DNA of 64,000 bases from Candidatus Saccharimonadia bacterium (GTDB lineage Bacteria > Patescibacteriota > Saccharimonadia > Saccharimonadales > 2-12-FULL-41-12): contig OY970327.1 of NCBI GenBank assembly GCA_963717365.1, forward strand, positions 1,119,752-1,183,751. The letters are read 5' to 3'. The translations under genes were made by a program, and so were the position numbers. The notes under the pieces are model-generated. The model did not search any database, had not been told where the DNA came from, and was given only the letters and a program-made list of their open reading frames with translations. Below are positions 1 through 9,643 of this stretch, piece after piece. Numbering within the stretch: position 1 is the first letter of the stretch; each line of letters begins with the position of its first letter.

Positions 1-93
1 TATGGCTTGAGCTTAGTTGCAATTGCGGTACAGATGGTCCTCCATGTCGTTTGTGATAAAACAACATTCAGACTGTTTTGTTATACTATCACT

Positions 94-636
94 ATGAAAA
101 AAACTGCCAAGGACAAGGCTGAGACGTCGATACGGTCTAAGGCAATGATTAATCGACTATTTGAAAGGTACGCTACAAAATTACAAGCGTTACCCCATGT
201 CGTTGCTCAATATAGCGAAAATGGTAATGAACAAAAGTGGGTGTTTAACTCCACTGCTCTAAATTCTTTGCCAGTCACTCTGATGCATGTATCAGCTATG
301 GAGGGTATGCGCAACAATTGGGATGAGTCGCAAGATAGTAATGCTGTTGGCTCGGCCGTAATTATTGATATAGAAAGAGTAGATTGCTTCGAATGGCAGC
401 AACTCAGTTTTTTCCATTACAATTCACGCGAAAATCTCGACTTAGAGATTCAGCTTGCCGAAGCCGCTCTCAAGGGAGATGTAGCCTATAACAAAACTCG
501 AGTGCTACGGCATATAGAAATTTGCTTTAATGTCAACGGGGCGTGGCAGTGTGTGCCAGAATTTCCAGGACACAAATCCCACTATATTAAAAAACGAAAT
601 AATCTGCGTCCACCTCCAAGTAAGAGTGCAGCATAA
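94..636 (+). CDS. hypothetical protein
   Basis: ORF-track 7..636 starts at TTG. The first ATG is at 94 (MKKTAKDK...). No motif recognised. Confidence 0.45.
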   Translation: MKKTAKDKAETSIRSKAMINRLFERYATKLQALPHVVAQYSENGNEQKWVFNSTALNSLPVTLMHVSAMEGMRNNWDESQDSNAVGSAVIIDIERVDCFEWQQLSFFHYNSRENLDLEIQLAEAALKGDVAYNKTRVLRHIEICFNVNGAWQCVPEFPGHKSHYIKKRNNLRPPPSKSAA

Positions 637-744
637 TTTTGATCCTTTTGTAAGACAGACTGATTACAATAGCGTGCATGATGTTCTTCGTCCATTTGCG
701 GCTAATAACTTCTTCGGAAGTTTTTGCTTTGCTATACTCTAACA

Positions 745-1200
745 ATGGATAACTACGGACAACGTGTATTAGACAAACTAAATACTTACAATGTTGGATT
801 TATTTCTCCCGGTAGTAAAAAGGACACTTACAACGTTGATACAAAAAACTTCAAAGCCGAAGTTTACGTTCTACCCGGTAAAAGTTTTGGCATAGAGATT
901 ACTCTAAGATCAAATCCAAAATTAGAATATTCTTTTGACGACGACTTATATAATATGAGCAATTTCAAATATGCAGACTTATTCACCGAGATGGAAAACG
1001 ATATCCTAGCTATTATTGATGCTCTTTATGCCAATACAATAATAAAGGGGTCGCGCAACGGCAGGCCAGCGATGGCAGTTCCAGAACATAATAAGTATCA
1101 ATTAGTGTACTTAACAAAGTTTTTTGGCAAGACTGGGACAAAAACTTATAGTACCCTGGAGGAACTAATAGAAAAGGGCAACTTTATTGCATCAGCTTGA
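745..1200 (+). CDS. hypothetical protein
   Basis: ORF-track 724..1200. ATG at 745 (MDNYGQRV...). No motif recognised. Confidence 0.45.
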   Translation: MDNYGQRVLDKLNTYNVGFISPGSKKDTYNVDTKNFKAEVYVLPGKSFGIEITLRSNPKLEYSFDDDLYNMSNFKYADLFTEMENDILAIIDALYANTIIKGSRNGRPAMAVPEHNKYQLVYLTKFFGKTGTKTYSTLEELIEKGNFIASA

Positions 1201-1297
1201 AGAATGGTAGTAATTGAGCGACAGATGACCCTCTAGTAATAATTTCCCTATTCCGCTTAACGTCGCAATCCCGCAGGTCAGGTGTTAAAATCCACTC

Positions 1298-2053
1298 ATG
1301 AATGTGACGGCTGTTTACGAAGCTTCTAGTATGGGACATCGGGATAAGATGCAAGATGTTACATATTGCGATTATGATGCAATGGGCACACTGTATATGG
1401 GTGTATTTGATGGCCATGGTGAGTATGGACATATAATTGCGAAGCAAGTTGCCCAGATAGTACGTGAATCAATAGAAAACGCAGTCTCTAGTGAAAATAT
1501 CCAGGACTGTACCAATACTGTCGCGAATGGCTTCCAGGCTGCCCATAGAGCACTATTAGAAGAAGAAATGGCGATGGTGAGCGGCACAACAGCCACAGTA
1601 GCTGTAGTTAATCAAGAATACCTTGCAACCGTGTATGTAGGCGACAGTGAAGCAGTATTTTTTCCAGATTCTGGACACCCCATAGCCCTTACGAAGCCCC
1701 ACAACAAAGACAATGTTGCTGAAGTAAAACGGGCAACAGAACTAGGATTTCCTCCTCGTGGGCAACACTTTGGAGGTATGTTAGCCGTATCAAGGGCCAT
1801 TGGTGATATTTGTCGACCTTTTGTCACTCCAAAACCAGATATTACTATGCTCAGTTTAAGCCAGTCCGGTGTCTTAGTGGTGGCGAGCGACGGCTTATGG
1901 GGAACAAGCGCCAGGAGTAATCATGTAGCCGTGGAAACAGCTGTAGCCGTTCAAAGAATAGCTCACATGAGAAACCTACCTCGTATACTTGTCGCATTTG
2001 GCGGTCAACGTACTAGAGACAACGCTACCGCGATAGTCGCGCGGATTGAATAA
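1298..2053 (+). CDS. PP2C (PPM) family protein Ser/Thr phosphatase
   Basis: Motifs MGVFDGHGEYGH, VASDGLWG and C-terminal DNATAIV are typical of metal-dependent PP2C phosphatases. 251 aa. Confidence 0.85.
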   Translation: MNVTAVYEASSMGHRDKMQDVTYCDYDAMGTLYMGVFDGHGEYGHIIAKQVAQIVRESIENAVSSENIQDCTNTVANGFQAAHRALLEEEMAMVSGTTATVAVVNQEYLATVYVGDSEAVFFPDSGHPIALTKPHNKDNVAEVKRATELGFPPRGQHFGGMLAVSRAIGDICRPFVTPKPDITMLSLSQSGVLVVASDGLWGTSARSNHVAVETAVAVQRIAHMRNLPRILVAFGGQRTRDNATAIVARIE

Positions 2054-2165
2054 ACGTGTAAGAGAAGTTGATTTCTAACTTACTCCTCCAGTTAATTATC
2101 TCTTTGAACATCATATAGCCACTGTCTATAATTAGGCACATGTAAATATATACTGAGTAGTCTCA

Positions 2166-3389
2166 TTATTCAGTATTTGACTCATATCCCGCTATCTCAG
2201 CTTCTTTGGCCGTACAATAATAACCGGTATCAAACAGACTCGGCCCCGAATAGTAGTCACCATCCGGACTGGCGTAGTCATAAGAACCAAATAAACCTCC
2301 GCCAGCTATAAAAGGCAAGTCCTTGCATTTATTTATTGCTATCATGAAGGCTGAGGTATTATTCAACGAAAAGACCGATGGAGTTGTCTCGACATTAATT
2401 TTATCCCCACTTTTCTTAATATTGCTTATAGTAGCGTTCATAATATTGTGTTCTTGAGTGTTTTCGCTGTATGTTCTATCTTCGAGCACAACTTTAAATT
2501 CGGTAGTAGAATCATTCTGAGTTGTTATGAATGTCAATTTATCATTATTTAGAAAGTCTTCCGACTCTCTTGCTTGTTCATCGCCAGTACACACTTTGTA
2601 GACTGTATCGATCGGCTTAATTAAACGTTTCGCAACGCTATTAAATTCAATTTCCCATTTTGTTTCCTGCTTGTTTGTGGTTGGTTGATAATTTGGTTGC
2701 AGCAGATTAAGCTCATCATCTACAGATTTTTCGTATGACTTGATTGACTCCTGGCAAGCTGCCTTTGCCAGAGTGTCACCTTCAAAATCAAAGGTTAAAT
2801 ATTTGGAATCAGGCATAATGTTTAATTTTGCTAGCAATCCAGCCATATCAACTTCATAACTATTACTTACTGTGTAGTCTGCCTGGTGTTCTCTGTTGTC
2901 GTAGTCGATAATTTTTTTAAGCTCGACGATTTTTACTTCTGTGAAACTTCTATCAACTGGCAGCTGGGCATGTAATTCGTTTGTGTCTTTATCTCTGGAA
3001 ATCTTTCCTGCGGCTGTAATGAAAGGTAGCGCCGACTGTTCTCTAGGTGCATCCGTATCAAGCTTAAAATTGGCGCTGTGAATATCGTTTGCACCATCCA
3101 TATAGGCAAACAACGATCTATGTTCACCAGTTACTACGTTCGGGCTTTTAGCTGGTTCATTTTCAACTTTACTAGCATCTTTTCTATTTAATAGAAACGC
3201 AGTGCTTGTCAGTACAAGCAATAGAAACGCAGCGATTATAAAGACTACCCAACCTCTGTTTTTATTAGGTTGAACCCAATTGGCGCTGCTTGATTGAGTT
3301 GATATTATCGCTGGGGGAGGTGTTGGGATATCATCCGGCGGAATATCCTCAGTTTTTTCACCCAAAGTATCATTATCGTTTGGCTGCAT
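2166..3389 (-). CDS. membrane-anchored extracytoplasmic protein, unknown function
   Basis: 407-aa ORF with a Pro-rich N-terminus, one hydrophobic helix (WVVFIIAAFLLLVLTSTAFLL) and a large C-terminal domain. No motif recognised. Confidence 0.6.
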   Translation of the reverse strand: MQPNDNDTLGEKTEDIPPDDIPTPPPAIISTQSSSANWVQPNKNRGWVVFIIAAFLLLVLTSTAFLLNRKDASKVENEPAKSPNVVTGEHRSLFAYMDGANDIHSANFKLDTDAPREQSALPFITAAGKISRDKDTNELHAQLPVDRSFTEVKIVELKKIIDYDNREHQADYTVSNSYEVDMAGLLAKLNIMPDSKYLTFDFEGDTLAKAACQESIKSYEKSVDDELNLLQPNYQPTTNKQETKWEIEFNSVAKRLIKPIDTVYKVCTGDEQARESEDFLNNDKLTFITTQNDSTTEFKVVLEDRTYSENTQEHNIMNATISNIKKSGDKINVETTPSVFSLNNTSAFMIAINKCKDLPFIAGGGLFGSYDYASPDGDYYSGPSLFDTGYYCTAKEAEIAGYESNTE

Positions 3390-3521
3390 AGTTAAGCGTA
3401 TCCTTTTAGGAAAGTATAACAGTTTGCAACTAGTTCAATCTTAAATGGTTTTTTGTTTTGCTCATGCTTGCAATATATCGGCATACGTATATCTTAGTAA
3501 GTATAGGATATAAGGAGTATT

Positions 3522-4226
3522 ATGACTGAAGCAACAGAGACCAAACTGAACTGGATTGAAGATTCAGTAAAAAATGCTGACGTCATTGCTGCGCATGAGA
3601 GGACTATGTTTTTACATCGCGTTGCGATACTTGGTGTTACAGCTGTAAAAGACTATCTAAATGGTGAAGAAAACCGAAGCGAAACTCAAAATATAGAGTG
3701 GGGTAGAATTCATTCTCTGGGAGCAGTACGGCAATGGACACCGGTGGGCTGGCAAAGCGACCCAATATATCTTGGCGATACTGATGAAAACGAACTTGGA
3801 TTATCGTATGAGTTCACCACTCTAAATATAAATGGAATCATTGAAACAAAAACCAAAAGATCTATAAAAGGTACTAAAAAAACCGAAGAACTAATGGGAG
3901 AGACGTATACGATAACGCGCCAACTTGGGAATAGAGCTTCAGACCCAGTAGAGCTGATTACAGATCCACGCAAACAACCTGTATACATAGATCGTAACTA
4001 TACTTGCAGAAATCAAATTCCAAGCATAATGTGGAGTCCCGAAGACCAGATTAATGATTATGAAAATAGAACTCAACAAATAGTCGTATTCATGAAACAG
4101 CTTTCAGTTTTAGCTCTTGCAGCCGGCGCAGATTATGGAACCATACGAAATTTGGAAGCAAACCATGTTAGTCAGCAGCTCAAGCGTATTGCAGTTATAC
4201 CAAACCAAAATATGCGTTACTCTTAA
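3522..4226 (+). CDS. hypothetical protein
   Basis: 234-aa ORF with an AAGGAG RBS just upstream of the ATG. Confidence 0.6.
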   Translation: MTEATETKLNWIEDSVKNADVIAAHERTMFLHRVAILGVTAVKDYLNGEENRSETQNIEWGRIHSLGAVRQWTPVGWQSDPIYLGDTDENELGLSYEFTTLNINGIIETKTKRSIKGTKKTEELMGETYTITRQLGNRASDPVELITDPRKQPVYIDRNYTCRNQIPSIMWSPEDQINDYENRTQQIVVFMKQLSVLALAAGADYGTIRNLEANHVSQQLKRIAVIPNQNMRYS

Positions 4227-4255
4227 GACTAAATAGAACCGTGGATATCTATTGT

Positions 4256-4990
4256 TTACTTTTCAGTTAGCTCAAGTAACCAGTTTGTCATTGCTAAGAA
4301 TTGAGCTGGCGTATACTTGCCATACAAATTGTGTCCCCAGGATTGATTGAATACCGTTAAAACTTCAAGCTCAGCATGCTCTGATCCAACTTGGGCCAGG
4401 ACTGCAGCATGGTCATCAATCGGATACATTTCGTCATTATCAATTGCAGGGGTTCGGATATGGGCTTGAAAGAAATCAGGTTCAAATGGATAGTTTGGCT
4501 CATCGGGGATTATATCAGGCTCGGGAGTGTCATCTGGAAACCCGTTTTGTCGCAACCATTCCTTATATTCGCTATTATAATCTTCCCATAATTTGTCACC
4601 ATACAACATCTCTTCTTGTGTAAAGCCCCGGAACAGACGCGAATGATGCGGCGCAGCCTTCTCGTTGGCTTCATTCCATCCAACGCCTTGCCATAAGTAT
4701 AAATCAGGAGTGGGTTGACCAATCCATGTAATAAGCTCCGACGGGTCAATTGTTTGTGACAGTTGCTCGTGATCTAAACTTATTACTTTACAAGTGTGCG
4801 TAACTGCAAGTATACCCGAGCTTCGAGCGACGGCAAAAGTTTCATTTTTCTCGATCTTATAGCCTATCGGAAGTCCTAAATCAGGCATGTCAGGATTGGG
4901 TAAAAATATATCACCTAATACAGCTTCTTTTACTTTGGCTTCTTCGTTCAAAGCGCTATTTAATAATTCATATGATGTAGCAAAACTCAT
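4256..4990 (-). CDS. hypothetical protein
   Basis: 244-aa ORF with an AAGGAG RBS upstream on the minus strand. Acidic and Trp/Pro-rich. No motif recognised. Confidence 0.6.
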   Translation of the reverse strand: MSFATSYELLNSALNEEAKVKEAVLGDIFLPNPDMPDLGLPIGYKIEKNETFAVARSSGILAVTHTCKVISLDHEQLSQTIDPSELITWIGQPTPDLYLWQGVGWNEANEKAAPHHSRLFRGFTQEEMLYGDKLWEDYNSEYKEWLRQNGFPDDTPEPDIIPDEPNYPFEPDFFQAHIRTPAIDNDEMYPIDDHAAVLAQVGSEHAELEVLTVFNQSWGHNLYGKYTPAQFLAMTNWLLELTEK

Positions 4991-5110
4991 AAATCTCCTT
5001 GACGTTGATTAAATTATATAGTATTATTGCTAATTAGTCAATATAATAACGTAAAAGCTCATGCTTGCATACAATATATGTTTAGTGCAAGTCCATATAA
5101 AGGAGAAATC

Positions 5111-5332
5111 ATGTCCGAGAGTCACAGACCACTCAGATTCTCACACGACGCTGAGCAGCGCACTGAAAGATGGGTTCAAACTGTTGAGGAAAACTTAGAG
5201 ACGATGGCATCTTCACAAGTTTTAGATTTAGCACTGCACGAACCAGTTTTAGACTTAAGACAAAAAGCACAAACTGAATTAGGCAGCCGTCTGGATAGAA
5301 TGGATGAATTACTTTCCTCTACAGGCGAATAG
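5111..5332 (+). CDS. small hypothetical protein
   Basis: ORF-track 5027..5332. The internal ATG at 5111 is preceded by AAGGAG. 73 aa. Confidence 0.45.
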   Translation: MSESHRPLRFSHDAEQRTERWVQTVEENLETMASSQVLDLALHEPVLDLRQKAQTELGSRLDRMDELLSSTGE

Positions 5333-5399
5333 CTCTATACTTTAATTTGAAAAAGAGACTATACGCGTATTATGTTTACTATAATTCAAAAAAAATAAA

Positions 5400-5930
5400 A
5401 TGAGCCTTTACTATATAAAAGGAACACCGGGTTCTGGTAAATCAGCCATCCGGAAAGAACTTGAAGCACTTGGCTATGAAGCTCATGACGCCGACGATGA
5501 TGACATGGGTGGGCCTTATAATAACGCTACAAATACCAGAGTCGAGTACCCGGACGAATTAACTCCGGATTGGTTTGCTGACCACAGTTATAGATTGATC
5601 CCTAAGGCGATTGATGAATTGCACGAAAAAGCCAAGGACAAGACTATTTTCTTATGTGGTACTGCATCTAATGAAGATGATGTCTGGAGTTCATTCGACC
5701 AAGTTTTATTCTTGGATATTGATGCGGAGACTCTAAAGCAGCGTATTGCGGGCCGGGCAGATACAGCCAATGATTTCGGCCAAACTCCTTACCAACTTGA
5801 GTTGATTATGGAAAAGTACCGGGCTGATCGCTTGAAGCGAGACTTACCTGGCGTGATTAAAATAGACGCTACTTTGCCGCTGGGTGGAGTAGTTCAGGCT
5901 ATATTAGACAAAGTTTCGCCCGAAAAGTAG
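5400..5930 (+). CDS. P-loop NTPase, small-molecule/nucleoside kinase-like
   Basis: Walker A GTPGSGKS near the N-terminus. Clear paralog of 9644..10165 (shared MSL..I.G..SGKS..KEL...GYEA.D, FLCG.A.N, IDAT.P). Confidence 0.7.
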   Translation: MSLYYIKGTPGSGKSAIRKELEALGYEAHDADDDDMGGPYNNATNTRVEYPDELTPDWFADHSYRLIPKAIDELHEKAKDKTIFLCGTASNEDDVWSSFDQVLFLDIDAETLKQRIAGRADTANDFGQTPYQLELIMEKYRADRLKRDLPGVIKIDATLPLGGVVQAILDKVSPEK

Positions 5931-6063
5931 ATATAGTTTACAACATTAACCCCTTATAACAATGATTCACTAGATTATCAACAGGGGTAGGTGTTGACTT
6001 ATTTACATTTTTATTTTCCTTATTGTTCTGTACTATTGCTGAGCTGTAAGAAGGAGAATAGTA

Positions 6064-7008
6064 ATGGAAAATATAAGAAAAGAATCATTGCAAGAATTTT
6101 TAGATCTCAAAACTCTAGAAATAACAGTACAAGAAAACGCCGCCAGGCAAAAAGAGAAGTTAGAGCGGCAACGCGAGGAATCAGAAAAAAGAAATAAAGA
6201 GGAAGCATACAGAGCCCAAGAATTAGCTTGCAAGCAAGCTACTTTTGATTTGCTTCATAGTTATCCATTTGATCTATCAAAGCCAATTTCCGCTAGTGGC
6301 CATTGGTATGATTCAGATGACGGTATCGGCGAATCTATAGATACAGACTGGGCATTAGTAAAAGAAGATGAGGTTATCATTTTTTCTAAAGAATCAGCCC
6401 GGCATGATTTTGGATGGGCAACTAATAAAACGAAACAAGATAATGCTGTTTGGATGTTCGCGTCTGATATTGAAAAGCCATTAATTGCTAATGCAAAGCG
6501 TAGCGAAGTGCTGCAGTATGGAATGCCAATAATACTGGGTAATTTTGTATCAGGGAACTGGGAAAATATAAAAGAGGAAGTAGAAAGTATGAAGATTGAT
6601 CTAATGCGGAAAGACTTGTTCGAACGTTCTATTAGTTTATTGAATCAGTTTGGAATTCACGAGAAAAAAGGCTTCACGGAAGACGGTATCCGAATTCCAG
6701 GCCAGTCCGTGCGCGATATTGTGACATTGCGTATTTCCGATGATGGGCGGGCATGGCGCTTAGTCCAAAGGAACGACCCGTTTAGCGGTGAGTTAGAAGG
6801 GTATTCTCTGATTTATTTAAACCAGGATACCCAGGAAAGCTTTGTGATAAATGAACATAACGTGAAGCCAGACGTTCAGCCACATATGTACATTTCTGAC
6901 ACAACCTATAAAAGAGCCTACAATAAATATGTGGAGCCGCTGAAAGAGGGCATTGAGCTTATGGAAAACAGACTACACCCTACGCTGTTTGATGTCGGAC
7001 AAGCTTAG
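6064..7008 (+). CDS. hypothetical protein (N-terminal charged coiled-coil)
   Basis: 314-aa ORF with an AAGGAG RBS. Lys/Glu-rich N-terminus. No motif recognised. Confidence 0.6.
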   Translation: MENIRKESLQEFLDLKTLEITVQENAARQKEKLERQREESEKRNKEEAYRAQELACKQATFDLLHSYPFDLSKPISASGHWYDSDDGIGESIDTDWALVKEDEVIIFSKESARHDFGWATNKTKQDNAVWMFASDIEKPLIANAKRSEVLQYGMPIILGNFVSGNWENIKEEVESMKIDLMRKDLFERSISLLNQFGIHEKKGFTEDGIRIPGQSVRDIVTLRISDDGRAWRLVQRNDPFSGELEGYSLIYLNQDTQESFVINEHNVKPDVQPHMYISDTTYKRAYNKYVEPLKEGIELMENRLHPTLFDVGQA

Positions 7009-7020
7009 CTAGATGTTACT

Positions 7021-7581
7021 ATGGAGACTATGAAACCCATTTATTTCGTTACCGGCAACGACAATAAATTCCGTGAAGCCAAAGCATTGCTGCCAAGCTT
7101 AGAGCGAGTTGAATTTGATTTGCCCGAGGAGCAGACACTGGATCCTCAATTAGTGATCAGCAAGAAGCTGCAAGTAGCCAGAGCCCGGCAACAGGGAGCA
7201 TTGATTGTCGAAGATACTTCGTTGTATTTCAATGGGCTCAATGGCTTCCCGGGACCGCTCATAAAGTGGATGCAGCAGGCGGTTGGAAATCAGGGGATTT
7301 ACGAATTGTGCCAGAAAATCCATGACTCTTCGGCGGTTGCTAAAACGGTAATTGGTTATGACGATGATAATGGCAACACTTTATTTTTTGAAGGAGAAAT
7401 TGAAGGCAAAATTGTCAAGCCATACGGCAACGAAGGATTTGGTTGGGATGATATATTCAGACCCGACGGCCTAGACGAAACATTCGCTGAAATGGGAGAT
7501 GGCTTAAAACCTGAATTCAGTATGCGTACCAGAGCTTTTCAAAAATTGAAAGACTATTTAGGTACAAACGGTTATATTTGA
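7021..7581 (+). CDS. non-canonical purine NTP pyrophosphatase (HAM1/RdgB/ITPase family)
   Basis: IYFVTGNDNKFREAK N-terminus, EDTSL, FPGPLIKW and GFGWDDIF motifs typical of ITPases. Confidence 0.85.
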   Translation: METMKPIYFVTGNDNKFREAKALLPSLERVEFDLPEEQTLDPQLVISKKLQVARARQQGALIVEDTSLYFNGLNGFPGPLIKWMQQAVGNQGIYELCQKIHDSSAVAKTVIGYDDDNGNTLFFEGEIEGKIVKPYGNEGFGWDDIFRPDGLDETFAEMGDGLKPEFSMRTRAFQKLKDYLGTNGYI

Positions 7582-7684
7582 CAATTGTATTTAGTATGTT
7601 ATTATTGTTTAATGTTTAAGATTAATTTTCAGTCAGGACTACGTCGACGCCCTTAGGGGCAGTTAATCTTTTTGATTTCTCTTG

Positions 7685-7713
7685 GCCCCTCTTAATTTAA
7701 AGAGGGGCTTTTT
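7685..7713 (+). terminator. rho-independent terminator
   Basis: GCCCCTCTT / AAGAGGGGC 9-bp stem, 6-nt loop, then TTTTT. Confidence 0.7.
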
Positions 7714-7740
7714 AATTTTTAAACCTAAGGAACTAAAATA

Positions 7741-8247
7741 ATGAATAAGCTATATATATTTAATTGTTTACCGGAAGGTAAGCAGCACGAGGTTGCTCAG
7801 CTTGTTTCCGATTACACAAATGGGAAGCTCGGTGAAAAACCTCAAATGTTACCAATAGAGCCAGCCATGGTTTGGCAAAAACATCTTGGCGTCGTGGCGT
7901 TACACGAAGAGGCATTTTCAGGCTTCATCGGCGCGACCACACCCGAAAAACATAATGGAAACACCATGCCGGAGGTCGGTAGCTTGTGGGTACCGGCTGA
8001 ACATCGACAGAAAGGCATTGCTCATAAATTAATCCAGGTAGTAACTAAACTACTCAACCAGCAAGGACATACGCCGTATGCGTTTTGTAATTCTTTGAGC
8101 CAAGCTATCTTTGAGCAGTCCGACTATGCTGAAGTTGAAACTGGAGAAGTGCCAGCCTGTGCCTTAAGTGCTTGCACGGCCTGCCCCATGAAACCAAGCA
8201 ATGGTGGATGTTGCGACAACATACTACTATTTAAAGGAGGTAAGTAA
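7741..8247 (+). CDS. GNAT family N-acetyltransferase with Cys-rich C-terminal tail
   Basis: Acetyl-CoA binding-type segment HRQKGIAHKLI. The tail CALSACTACPMKPSNGGCC carries 6 Cys. Confidence 0.65.
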   Translation: MNKLYIFNCLPEGKQHEVAQLVSDYTNGKLGEKPQMLPIEPAMVWQKHLGVVALHEEAFSGFIGATTPEKHNGNTMPEVGSLWVPAEHRQKGIAHKLIQVVTKLLNQQGHTPYAFCNSLSQAIFEQSDYAEVETGEVPACALSACTACPMKPSNGGCCDNILLFKGGK

Positions 8248-9059
8248 TGATAACGTCAGAAATTATAGAAATAACTGGAAGCGAGTCAGGCCCAACACTG
8301 GCTATTTTTGCCGGTGTTCATGGTAATGAAACGGCTGGCGTTCTAGCTTTTCAAGAGTTAATTCCCAAACTAAAAATTACCAAAGGTACATTGTTTCTAG
8401 TCTTTGCTAATCCGCCAGCAATTGAAGCGAACGTCAGGATGATTAATAAAAATTTGAATCGGTGCTTCTTCAAAGGCAATAACGGTAACGAATACGAAGA
8501 CATACGCGCTAGAGAACTAATGGCTGTACTTGATCAGTGCGACGCCCTGCTTGATATACATATGTTTTACGATCCAGAAGGACTACCTTTTGTCATTTGT
8601 GAAGATAACGCGATCGATTTAGCAAAAAACTTTGACGTGCCAATCATTTCAACCAACTGGACAGAAGTTGAGCCCGGCGGAACTGATGGCTACATGTATT
8701 TGAACGGTAAAATTACCGTTTGCATTGAGTGTGGACCAATTTCGAAAGCTGCCAAGTACAAAGATCTAGCAGCACAAAGTATTTATCAGTTTTTGCAATA
8801 TTTTAATATGAGCGATAAACACGTTCCTACTGCAACCAATCCCAAAAGAATTATCAAAGCGCTTAACGCAGTCCATAAAAGTTCTGAACAATTTATCCTA
8901 ACAGATGGATTACACAATTTTGACCGCCTAACACCAGGCCAAGTTATTGCCACCGAGAATGATAAAACCTACACCGCTAACAAAGGCGAGTGCATAATCT
9001 TTCCGCATTACAAAGCCCGGCTGGGCGAGGAAGCGTACATTATTGGAAGCGAAGACTAG
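8247..9059 (+). CDS. succinylglutamate desuccinylase/aspartoacylase (AstE/AspA, M14-like) family hydrolase
   Basis: Zn-ligand motif GVHGNETAG, LNRCF, LLDIHM, CIECGP. The start overlaps the GNAT stop (TAATG). Confidence 0.75.
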   Translation: MITSEIIEITGSESGPTLAIFAGVHGNETAGVLAFQELIPKLKITKGTLFLVFANPPAIEANVRMINKNLNRCFFKGNNGNEYEDIRARELMAVLDQCDALLDIHMFYDPEGLPFVICEDNAIDLAKNFDVPIISTNWTEVEPGGTDGYMYLNGKITVCIECGPISKAAKYKDLAAQSIYQFLQYFNMSDKHVPTATNPKRIIKALNAVHKSSEQFILTDGLHNFDRLTPGQVIATENDKTYTANKGECIIFPHYKARLGEEAYIIGSED

Positions 9060-9089
9060 TTAAATGTATTTTTTTGCTATGATTTAACC

Positions 9090-9203
9090 ATGATAGAAGT
9101 TATTAGTATTAACGTACCACAATATTCGGTTGAGGCAGAACCGGAACATAAAGCAATAGGTAAACTCGTTGACGATGTAATAAAATTCTTAAGTAAATTA
9201 TGA
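9090..9203 (+). CDS. 37-aa ORF translationally coupled to the downstream methyltransferase
   Basis: Hand-translated MIEVISINVPQYSVEAEPEHKAIGKLVDDVIKFLSKL. Its TGA overlaps the ATG at 9200 (ATGA). Too short for the ORF track. Confidence 0.3.
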   Translation: MIEVISINVPQYSVEAEPEHKAIGKLVDDVIKFLSKL

Positions 9204-9640
9204 GTAATTCTTCGCTTTTGGCATCAACTAAATTCAAAATTCTGATACCAGTAATCTATTTATTGCTCAGTCTCGGGTTCTTCCTATTGGCGTGGCCAGA
9301 CCAAGCAAAGGCAAATCATTTTATTGGCCTTGCTGGAACGATTGTCGTTTTTATGTTTTGGATTATTGCCCGCATTCAACTCGGCAACGCGTTTTCTTTG
9401 GCTCCAAAAGCTAACTTTTTAGTAAAACACGGGCTATATAGTAAGTTTCGGCACCCTGTGTATTATTTCTCTATTTTAGCGGTAATCGGCATCGGCATAT
9501 TTATTTGGAAAGTGCCAGTACTAATACCGATAATAGGATTAGTTATCCTTGAATATATTCGGATTCAAAAAGAAGAAAAGTTATTGACAGCTAAATTAGG
9601 CGATGAATATGCGCGCTATAAGAAAACTACGTGGATATAA
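9200..9640 (+). CDS. isoprenylcysteine carboxyl / phospholipid methyltransferase family membrane protein
   Basis: Polytopic, with LVKHGLYSKFRHPVYY (the G.Y...RHP.Y signature of ICMT/PEMT enzymes). Confidence 0.7.
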   Translation: MSNSSLLASTKFKILIPVIYLLLSLGFFLLAWPDQAKANHFIGLAGTIVVFMFWIIARIQLGNAFSLAPKANFLVKHGLYSKFRHPVYYFSILAVIGIGIFIWKVPVLIPIIGLVILEYIRIQKEEKLLTAKLGDEYARYKKTTWI

Positions 9641-9643
9641 ATT

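Noticed and set aside
5991-6233. Small ORFs on both strands (68 and 66 aa) at the 5' end of 6064..7008.
   Set aside because: They overlap a longer ORF that has a good AAGGAG RBS. Their Lys/Arg-rich composition is a frame artefact of the A-rich region.
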